NCBI RefSeq assembly: GCF_963506605.1
Contig: NC_083277.1
Coordinates: 54,312,001-54,376,000, forward strand
DNA: 64,000 nucleotides
Reading direction: 5' to 3'
Origin: Zootoca vivipara
Taxonomy: Eukaryota
Below, in pieces: positions 52,241 to 62,072 of this stretch. The stretch's first letter is position 1. Each line of letters opens with the position of its first letter. The position numbers were made by a program, and so were the translations under genes. The notes below the pieces were generated by a model. The model made no database searches, was not told the DNA's origin, and saw only the letters and a list, made by a program, of their open reading frames with translations.

Positions 52241-53627
52241 GTTGTTTGCTTCCTGCATCCAAATAAGCTCTGCTGTTAGTTTTGGACTGTTTACCCATCA
52301 CATAGGTGGTCTTTCAAAACTGTAGGGTCACCATACTAACACTGCTTTATTCCATTGGCCTGAATCGTCTCTGGCCACATGACTAGTCCGCTTTAGCTTC
52401 ACAGCCTTTTCCATTACAACCACAACTTTCAGTCTTTGTTTTGCCCTCCTAACATCGTGAGTCCCATGGCATGTTGTCCATGTTTCTTTGTGTGTCCAGT
52501 TCTTCATAACACATCACAGCTAATATGCACATACTGAACACTTTAGCTTTTGAGTCTAAAGAAATATTTTTATTTTTCATTTGATTCTTCGTTCAGTTAT
52601 TCCAGCATTTCTTGGAGTTCTTGTAGACTTTTCATTATTACAAGCAAAACACCTGCATATCATAGAAAATTTAAATATCTTAACACAGATTCCCCCCTTT
52701 TTTTACCACTCCAGCTTTTAACACACCTTCCGAGGTGAATGTAAATAGCTTAGGTGAGTGTAGTTTAGGTGATAAAGCTAACTTCTTAAAGGTATTGGGG
52801 TGGGTCTTTACATGGAGATGATATGTTGCTGTTGCCTTATTTGCTATTTTCATGCAATAGCTGTCAATTCTGCAGTTTTGTATCACTCATTGTACAGCCC
52901 AGGTTTTGACTGTATCGAAGGCTCTCTCTTTTCGAAATAGATGAATCCAGCGTAAATAGGGATATTATATCCATTACATTTCCCTAACAATATTTTCATA
53001 GTTAATAGATGATCTGCTGTCACCTTAAGTCTACTTAATCCTTAGCGGCAATTACAGGAATGCAAATAAGGAATGGATATAGTTACCACTGTGCTTTGTC
53101 AGGGACCCATATTTACATTTCACTTTCGGTAAATAGTTGTAAACAAACATAAGTGCTTTTTAAGCAGGTGTGGTGAACCTCCAGGTATTGCTGAATTACA
53201 GCTCCCATCACCCCTGAACAATGATAGTTGATGGGATCTGTAACTCAGGAACATCTGAAGGCTATGGGTTTCTCCTTCCGGCACAAAAGAATAAAAAAAA
53301 GCCTATCATAATCTGAAAGATAAACACATCAGTTACCTAGATTTCTATGTACGCTTACCTAAGAATAAGCTCATATAACATAATAGGATTAACTTTCAAG
53401 TAGACATATTCAATGAATGGTGGGTGATAAAAATTGAAAATAAATAAATTGAGTTGGACTGTGTCTGTTGACTCAGTATAAGATCTTGGCATGAACATCA
53501 TCCTTGAGCACTGTAAATTTCTTTACTCAAGATGACAAGTATTGAGGTCCTTTGGGGAAAAACTAAAAAGAAGAAATGAAAGCATTTGACAGTATGAAAA
53601 GCTTGTTTCACATTTTGTGTGTCCTAT

Positions 53628-53970
53628 GGGTGGCGGGTGGCGCTGTGGTCTAAACCACAGAGCCTAGGGCTTGCCAATCAGAAGGTCAGTGGTTCGAATC
53701 CCTGTGACGGGGTGAGCTCCCGTTGCTTGGTCCCAGCTCCTGCCAACCTAGCAGTTCGAAAGCACGTCAAAGTGCAAGTAGATAAATAGGTACCGCTACA
53801 GTGGGAAGGTAAACGGCATTTCTGTGCGCTGCTCTGGTTCGCCAGAAGCGGCTTTGTCATGCTGGCCACACGACCTGGAAGCTGTCTGCGGACAAACACC
53901 AGCTCTCTTGGCCAATAAAGTGAGATGAGCACCGGAACCCAAGAGTCGTCCACAATTGGACAGTGCAGGG
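53628..53970 (+). mobile_element. Sauria SINE
   Basis: Similar to 1829-2179. Confidence 0.85.
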
Positions 53971-54459
53971 TTGAGGTTGAATTAAGCATCAATAGGCATT
54001 CAGCATATTCAGTAAGTCAGCTGAGAACTGGCCACCAAAATATATGCTTCCGTAGTTCAACTATACACTACTCCAAATAAGTAGAAATGTTCCTGGTAAA
54101 GCTTAAGAAAGTAAACTAGTGTTTTAACACAGGCCTCTGAGCTAACTCTGCTACTATGACTGCCCCATGCTGGTTTCTAGCTTGTCTCGTCCATTGTGCA
54201 TCTTTTCATGAAGAAGAAACCATGTTTTTGGGGAGCATGTGAGGAGGTGAGCAGCTAGGAACTAGGAAGGTAAACTGCACTGACAAGGGCTGTACAAGTT
54301 TTTGGTTTGGGGCATGAGAATTTGCTGATGATCTGGGAGCAAATATAAGAATTGGCTGTGAAGTTCCTGGAAACCAAAGTGAGGGGGAGCTGAGGGTAAG
54401 CAAGCCAGCTAACATCTTCCAAATGTGCTTTATAGAGGCGGTTTATTCCTTGTTTCAAC

Positions 54460-55125
54460 AGCAGTACTTCCAGCTCCTGCCATTCTTTAAGTGAGCAGTA
54501 AAATCTGGGCCACAAAAGGAGTTGTCTATGGCTAACTTTCTTATTCACATAGACACCAAATTGGAGCAGCATTCCTGATACACAGGCCCGGCTCTAGGTA
54601 GACCCCCGGTGGCGCAGGGCACCATGGTGCCGGCCCGCCAGAAAGGCGCCGCGAGCTGCGCCCGCCCGCTGGCCGGACGATCCGCCGGTCCGTCGCGCAG
54701 CTTCGCCTGTGGGAGCCGCGCTGCGCCCACCCGCCCACTGCGCTGGGAAACGGGGCGGGAGGGCGCCGGAGAGATCGCGCTGTGCCTGCCCGCCCGCCGC
54801 TGCGCCCACCCGCCCACCGCGCTGGGAAACGGGGCGGGAGGGCGCCGGAGAGATCCAGCGCGCACCACAGCGGCAGGGGCGTTTAAGACGGCCCTGCTGA
54901 TACATACAAAGTTGTGTGACAGGAAGCCCTTATATATAGTTAGTATCAACACCACTACCCCAGATAAAAGCATTATGGAAATTGGTAGTTTGATACACAG
55001 TTCATTTGCATAGTTCCCAATGCTTTAAAAAGTATGCCGCTGATCTGCTACCACACTCTTCATTTGAACTCAACAACTGGCTGGTAAACGACTACCTATA
55101 CAGCAATCTGCAAGAATCCGGAAAT
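54460..55125 (+). promoter_or_regulatory. TAS2R copy 4 proximal promoter module, split by a hAT MITE
   Basis: Same blocks; ATTTGCAT 55004-55011. Confidence 0.6.
54583..54896. mobile_element. GC/CpG-rich 314-bp hAT-type MITE in the TAS2R copy 4 promoter
   Basis: 8-bp TSD CTGATACA (54575-82 / 54897-904); imperfect TIR CAGGCCCGGCTCTA / TTAAGACGGCCCTG; internal direct repeat with 79-bp period; empty site visible in the copy 3 promoter. Confidence 0.85.
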
Positions 55126-56058
55126 ATGCCTTCTTCCCAAATCATTGCCTTTCTGGTGGTTGTAATCGACATGGCCCTCTGTGGGTTCATCTCCAATGGC
55201 TTTATAATTGCAGTGATGGTTGTTGAATGGGCTAAATGCAGGACCCTCACTGCTAAGGAACAACTTCTTCTGTCCATGGGGATGTCCAATATCTGTGTCA
55301 CAGTTCTGTTGACTCCAGCATCAATCATTTACTACTTAAAGTTGGAGTTCAACCGCATAATGATGCGAATGATTTATGTCTTTGCAACCTGTGTCATATT
55401 CTTCCGATATTGGCTCCTTGCCTGGCTCTGCGTCTTCTATTGCATCAAGATAGTGAACAGCACCCACTCCCTCTTCCTTTGGTGCAAGCTGAGGATATCA
55501 CGCCTGGTGCCCTGGCTTCTTGTGGGATCTCTAGTCATCTCTTCGCTCTTTTCTGCCTACGCATTTCGTAATATTTTTGTGCGACATCAGAACACCACAA
55601 CAGCGAATGTAACAAACATGACTCAAGGATTCCTATGGGTAGAAACTGACAGTTCTTTCAAAGTCTTCTTTTCAATTACTGGTTCAAGCTGTCCCCTTCT
55701 TGTGACTTTACTTTGCTCCATCACGGTTGTAGCCTCACTCTGCAGACATATCTGCAAGATGACAGGTAAAGGAGCCAGTTTTAGGAGCCGCCAAACAGAA
55801 GCTCATATCAAGGCAGCTGGGACTGTGCTCTCCCTCCTGATCATTTATGTTGCTTTTTACATAGCACATCTATTGATTATCTTTAGAAGCTTTAAAAACT
55901 CAGAACAGATATTTGGTTCAATAGTGTGTTCAGTGGTGCTGGTGATGTTCTCCCCTGCTCAGGCTATCCTCCTGGTGTTGGTTAATCCCAAACTCAAGCA
56001 GGCAGCTACCCAGATTCTTTCAAGAAGAAAGCCTTTAAAAATATCACAGGTATCTTAA
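55126..56058 (+). CDS. TAS2R: Bitter taste receptor TAS2R (copy 4), 310 aa
   Basis: ATG at 55126 (MPSSQIIAFL); TAS2R motifs. Confidence 0.92.
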   Translation: MPSSQIIAFLVVVIDMALCGFISNGFIIAVMVVEWAKCRTLTAKEQLLLSMGMSNICVTVLLTPASIIYYLKLEFNRIMMRMIYVFATCVIFFRYWLLAWLCVFYCIKIVNSTHSLFLWCKLRISRLVPWLLVGSLVISSLFSAYAFRNIFVRHQNTTTANVTNMTQGFLWVETDSSFKVFFSITGSSCPLLVTLLCSITVVASLCRHICKMTGKGASFRSRQTEAHIKAAGTVLSLLIIYVAFYIAHLLIIFRSFKNSEQIFGSIVCSVVLVMFSPAQAILLVLVNPKLKQAATQILSRRKPLKISQVS

Positions 56059-56385
56059 ATATCATGATTGTCATGTAGTTTGCCTTGGGTTGCTTTTTTG
56101 TTTTTGTTTTTTGTTTTTTTAAAGGCAAAGAGCTGACACTGCAGGGCATGGGGAAGCTGGACTGTGACTATTGTATGGTGACAAGGTGGCTTCAGTCCTT
56201 TGCTCCACACATTTCCAATCGGAATCACTCATCAGCTTGCTGTTCCTAATGAAAGGAATACTCCTATTTCGGCGAATGGGTGCTTCCCTCCAATTGATTC
56301 CAATAGAGAGCATGGTGGGGACAAAGCATTAAAGCCCCCCTTCCTTCCCTTGCTTCAGTTCCAATCAAGCACCCTCTGTACCAGC

Positions 56386-56445
<60 letters not shown>

Positions 56446-57189
56446 TCAAGCAAACCTCAAATTTAACCTGACCCTCAATAGCTCATCCACCTAAGAGAGA
56501 ACTTTATCCAGCTAGCACTGGCTGACTGAATGATTCAATTACCCTGTGAATCTCGATCACTTTGTCATAGCATGGCATTTTAAACAAACTAATACTCTAC
56601 ATCTTTGAAATGATGCATAAGTAACAACACTGGGTCACTGTTTTCAAACTGTGTTTAATGCAAACTCACAACTATGGACCTTTAGGTTTTTGACTATTAG
56701 GATACCAACAAATTGTTTTTGTAATACAGACATTGCAGCAATTGACACATATGAAAAGAAGAAACAGATGAAATGCTTGTATAGTCGTGATAATTCTATG
56801 TATTGCTTTGGACTTTAAAAAATAAATTTTTTAGCAAATGCTATGCCCACCTACTATGTCCTTAACTTTTTATCTGCCTTCTGCTGCTAGCAGCTGCTCC
56901 CCCTTATAATACCCCTCCCCCCTTCTCTGCCTACACTTCTGTTCCATCGAGCTCCAACCACATTTCAGCAACAGTGGCATACTCCCGCATGTGACTCTAC
57001 ATCATATTCAACTGTACAAGATCCTATCAACATATATGTAAGCATGTTGTATACTTGGGGATAGCCTTTGCTGTTGTCCACAATTCTGAATAATCAGTAT
57101 GCTTGAGCAGGGACTTTTAGATAGTACTAACTTTTTGCTTTTGGTAAAAATTGGGCCACCTATGAGCAAATAGTGAAGGAGATGGATAA

Positions 57190-58050
57190 CCAATGAAAAT
57201 TAAAACCTTATGGGGGAGTTGAAGGTTTTGTGAATGATTGGTTGCATTATCGTCAAATTAACGAAATGTTTAAAGATTATAAAAAGAAAAATAGATTTGG
57301 AAATACAAAATCGAGATTTGAATTAACTGTTAAATAACAAAGTTAAAGTATTATCCAAAATGTATAAATTATTACTGGAGTGGCATTTTAAAGATGAAGA
57401 AGTTAAATCAGTTATGATACACTGGGCTAAAGATATTGGTCATAATATACAATTAGAAGATTGGGGAGAAAATATGGAAAGAGGGAATAAATTTCACTTC
57501 CTGCAGTGCTTTAAAGGAAAATATAATGAAAATGATGTGCAGAGATTTACAAGCATGATAAAAGATTGTGTTTATATGCAACAACTGCAGCAAGAATACT
57601 ATTAGCCCAGCGATGGAAGCAAGAAGAACTACCAACAAAATAAGAGTGGCAGATGAAACTGATGGACTATGTTGAGTTGGTGAAATTAACTGGGAAAATT
57701 CAGAACCAGCAAGACCAGACTTTCCTGAAAGATTGGAAGAAATTTATGATATATTTGAAAAACAATTGTAATCAATTGACATCGCTTGCAGGGTTGCAAG
57801 AAGTTTTGTAAACAGAATTATATGAGTTATTGCGAAAAAGGACAAAGAAGGAGTTTATTTAGGATTTGGATAACTATTAAAATAAAAAAACAAAATCAGA
57901 AAGAAAGTTGGAAAACTATTAGTCAAGGTTGACATAAGTCCTAGGCTGTGATAGCCAAAGGTTTGTTATATTGTATAAGATGGGATGTTATGTTTGGAAA
58001 ACATGTATAAAAACCTATCTGTCTATGAATGAGTATAGATGCATTAAAAA
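57190..58050 (+). mobile_element. L1/Tx1-like ORF2 3' fragment (duplicated at ~61050-61870)
   Basis: MYKLLLEW..VKSVMIHWAKDIGHNIQLEDW, typical of the squamate L1 ORF2 C-terminus; A-rich. Confidence 0.6.
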
Positions 58051-58313
58051 AAATAATTGTGACAGAAGGGAAATCACACAAGGGAAGAAATGCATAGTTC
58101 GGATGTAGCATACAACCTTTACATCTTGATAAATGCTCCCCCTTTGTACACTATATCTGAAGCACAAAAAAGTAGAAGAAGCACATGGCATTTGTGCGGC
58201 TTTCTGTCAGCGATTCTAATGATGTCTGAACTGCCCCTTTGGAGCGAGGGTAAGCAAGCCAGCTAACATCTTCCAAATGTGCTTTATAGAGGCGGTTTAT
58301 TCCTTGTTTCAAC

Positions 58314-58979
58314 AGCAGTACTTCCAGCTCCTGCCATTCTTTAAGTGAGCAGTAAAATCTGGGCCACAAAAGGAGTTGTCTATGGCTAACTTTCTTATTC
58401 ACATAGACACCAAATTGGAGCAGCATTCCTGATACACAGGCCCGGCTCTAGGTAGACCCCCGGTGGCGCAGGGCACCATGGTGCCGGCCCGCCAGAAAGG
58501 CGCCGCGAGCTGCGCCCGCCCGCTGGCCGGACGATCCGCCGGTCCGTCGCGCAGCTTCGCCTGTGGGAGCCGCGCTGCGCCCACCCGCCCACTGCGCTGG
58601 GAAACGGGGCGGGAGGGCGCCGGAGAGATCGCGCTGTGCCTGCCCGCCCGCCGCTGCGCCCACCCGCCCACCGCGCTGGGAAACGGGGCGGGAGGGCGCC
58701 GGAGAGATCCAGCGCGCACCACAGCGGCAGGGGCGTTTAAGACGGCCCTGCTGATACATACAAAGTTGTGTGACAGGAAGCCCTTATATATAGTTAGTAT
58801 CAACACCACTACCCCAGATAAAAGCATTATGGAAATTGGTAGTTTGATACACAGTTCATTTGCATAGTTCCCAATGCTTTAAAAAGTATGCCGCTGATCT
58901 GCTACCACACTCTTCATTTGAACTCAACAACTGGCTGGTAAACGACTACCTATACAGCAATCTGCAAGAACCCGGAAAT
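58314..58979 (+). promoter_or_regulatory. TAS2R copy 5 proximal promoter module, split by a hAT MITE
   Basis: Same blocks; ATTTGCAT 58858-58865. Confidence 0.6.
58437..58750. mobile_element. Identical copy of the GC-rich hAT MITE in the TAS2R copy 5 promoter
   Basis: Same TSD and TIR; no differences seen from 54583-54896. Confidence 0.85.
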
Positions 58980-59912
58980 ATGCCTTCTTCCCAAATCATT
59001 GCCTTTCTGGGGGTTGTAATCGACATGGCCCTCTGTGGGTTCATCTCCAATGGCTTTATTATTGCAATGATGGCTGTTGAATGGGCTAAATGCAGGACCC
59101 TCGCTGCCAAGGAACAACTTCTTCTGTCCATGGGGATGTCCAATATCTGTGTCACAGTTCTGTTGACTCCAGCATCAATCATTTACAACTTAAAGTTGGA
59201 GTTCAACCGCATAATGATGCGAATGATTTATGTCTTTGCAACCTGTGTCATATTCTTCCGATATTGGCTCCTTGCCTGGCTCTGCGTCTTCTATTGCATC
59301 AAGATAGTGAACGGCACCCACTCCCTCTTCCTTTGGTGCAAGCTGAGGATATCACGCCTGGTGCCCTGGCTTCTTGTGGGATCTCTATTCATCTCCTTGC
59401 TCTTTTCTGCCTACGCATTTCGTAATATTTCCGTGCGATATCAGAACACCGCAACAGCCAATGTAACAAACATGACTCAAGGATACCTATGGGTAGAAAC
59501 TGACAGTTCTTTCAGTGTCTTCTTTTCAATTACTGGTTCAAGCTGTCCCCTTCTTGTGACTTTACTTTGCTCCATCACGGTTGTAGCCTCACTCTGCAGA
59601 CATATCTGCAAGATGACAGGTAAAGGAGCCAGTTTTAGGAGCCGCCAAACAGAAGCTCATATCAAGGCAGCTGGGACTGTGCTCTCCCTCCTGATCATTT
59701 ATGTTGCTTTTTACATGGCACAACTATTGATTATCTTTAGAAGCTTTAAAAACTCAGAACAGATATTTGGTTCAATAGTGTGTTCAGTGGTGATGGCGAT
59801 GTTCTCCCCTGCTCAGGCTATCCTCCTGGTGTTGGTTAATCCCAAACTCAAGCAGGCAGCTACCCAGATTCTTTCAAGAAGAAAGCCTTTAAAAATATCA
59901 CAGGTATCTTAA
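58980..59912 (+). CDS. TAS2R: Bitter taste receptor TAS2R (copy 5), 310 aa, recent duplicate of copy 4
   Basis: ATG at 58980; 17 amino-acid differences from copy 4 by manual comparison. Confidence 0.92.
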   Translation: MPSSQIIAFLGVVIDMALCGFISNGFIIAMMAVEWAKCRTLAAKEQLLLSMGMSNICVTVLLTPASIIYNLKLEFNRIMMRMIYVFATCVIFFRYWLLAWLCVFYCIKIVNGTHSLFLWCKLRISRLVPWLLVGSLFISLLFSAYAFRNISVRYQNTATANVTNMTQGYLWVETDSSFSVFFSITGSSCPLLVTLLCSITVVASLCRHICKMTGKGASFRSRQTEAHIKAAGTVLSLLIIYVAFYMAQLLIIFRSFKNSEQIFGSIVCSVVMAMFSPAQAILLVLVNPKLKQAATQILSRRKPLKISQVS

Positions 59913-60233
59913 ATATCATGATTGTCATGTAGTTCGCCCTGGGTTGCTTTTTTTTGTTTTGTTTTTTTAAAGGCAAAGAGCTGACACTGCAGGGCATGGG
60001 GAAGCTGGACTGTGACTATTGTATGGTGACAAGGGGGCTTCAGTCCTTTGCTCCACACATTTCCAATCAGAATCACTCCAAATGCTTGCTGTTCCTAATG
60101 AAAGGAATACTCCTATTTCGGCGAATGGGTCTTCCCTCCAATTGATTCCAATAGGGAGCATGGTGGGGACAAAGCATTAAAGCCCCCCTTCCTTCCCTTG
60201 CTTCAGTTCCAATCAAGCACCCTCTGTACCAGC

Positions 60234-60301
<68 letters not shown>

Positions 60302-61874
60302 TCAAGCAAACCTAAAATTTAACCTGACCCTCAATAGCTCATCCACCTAAGAGAGAACTTTATCCAGCTAGCACTGGCTGACTGAATGATTCAATTACCC
60401 TGTGAATCTCGATCACTTTGTCATAGCATGGCATTTTAAACAAACTAATACTCTATATCTTTGAAATGATGCATAAGTAACAACACTGGGTCACTGTTTT
60501 CAAACTGTGTTTAATGCAAACTCACAACTGTGGACCTTTAGGTTTTTGACTATAGGGATACCAACAAATTGTTTTTGTAATACAGACATTGCAGCAATTG
60601 ACACATATGAAAAGAAGAAACAGATGAAATGCTTGTATAGTCGTGATAATTCTATGTATTGCTTTGGACTTTAAAAAATAATTTTTTTAGCAAATGCTAT
60701 GCCCACCTACTGTGTCCTTAACTTTTTATCTGCCTTCTGCTGCTAGCAGCTGCTCCCCCTTATAATACCCCTCCCCCCTTCTCTGCCTACACTTCTGTTC
60801 CATCGAGCTCCAACCACATTTCAGCAACAGTGGCATACTCCCGCATGTGACTCTACATCATATTCAACTGTACAAGATCCTATCAACATATATGTAAGCA
60901 TGTTGTATACTTGGGGATAGCCTTTGCTGTTGTCCACAATTCTGAATAATCAGTATGCTTGAGCAGGGACTGGACCTTTTAGATAGTACTAACTTTTTGC
61001 TTTTGGTAAAAATTGGGCCACCTATGAACAAATAGTGAAGGAGATGGATAACCAATGAAAATTAAAACCTTATGGGGGAGTTGAAGGTTTTGTGAATGAT
61101 TGGTTGCATTATCGTCAAATTAACGAAATGTTTAAAGATTATAAAAAGAAAAATGGATTTGGATATACAAAATCGAGATTTGAATTAACTGTTAAATAAC
61201 AAAGTTAAAATATTATCCCAAATGTTTAAATTATTACTGGAGTGGCATTTGAAAGATGAAGAAGTTAAATCAGTTATGATACACTGGGCTAAAGATATTG
61301 GTCATAATATACAATTAGAAGATTGGGGAGAAAATATGGAAAGAGGGAATAAATTCACTTCCTGCAGTGCTTTAAAGGAAAATATAATGAAAATGATGTA
61401 CAGAGATTTACATGCATTATAAAAGATTGTGTGTATAGGCAACAACTGCAGCAAGAATACTATTAGCCCAGCGATGGAAGCAAGAAGAACTACCAACAAA
61501 ATAAGAGTGGCAGATGAAACTGATGGACTATGTCGAGTTGGTGAAATTAACTGGGAAAATTCGGAACCAGCAAGACCAGACTTTCCTGAAAGATTGGAAG
61601 AAATTTATGATATATTTGAAAGACAATTGTAATCAATTGACATCGCTTGCAGGGTTGCAAGAAGTTTTGTAAGCAGAATTATATGAGTTATTGCGAAAAA
61701 GGACTAAGAAGGAGTTTATTTAGGATTTGGATAACTATTAAAATAAAAAACAAAATCAGAAAGAAAGTTGGAAAACTATTAGTCGAGGTTGACATAAGTC
61801 CTAGGCTGTGATAGCCAAAGGTTTGTTATACTGTATAAGAGGGGATGTTATGTTTGGAAAACATGTGCAAAAAC

Positions 61875-61932
<58 letters not shown>
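61875..61932 (+). repeat. (CTAT)n microsatellite
   Basis: Direct reading; not expanded in the paralogous position near 58015. Confidence 0.95.
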
Positions 61933-61933
<1 letters not shown>

Positions 61934-61936
61934 GAG

Positions 61937-62072
61937 CAGGCATCCCCAAACTGCGGCCCTCCAGATGTTTTGGCCTACAACTCCCATGATCCCTAGCTAA
62001 CAGGACCAGTGGTCAGGAATCATGGGGATTGTAGTCCAAAACATCTGGAGGGCCGAAGTTTGGGGATGCCTG
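61937..62072. mobile_element. 136-bp palindromic hAT (Charlie-like) MITE
   Basis: TSD ATCTAGAG on both sides; long TIR CAGGCATCCCCAAACT. Confidence 0.9.

Noticed and set aside
54541-55013. Overlapping GC-rich ORFs of 63-142 aa (and their copies at 58395-58867)
   Set aside because: A by-product of the stop-poor GC-rich MITE; no recognisable domain
55006-55125. 40-aa N-terminal extensions on TAS2R copies 4 and 5, and 12 aa on copy 3, in the ORF track
   Set aside because: They start at TTG/GTG (the TTG lies inside the octamer motif); the paralogs align from the downstream ATG
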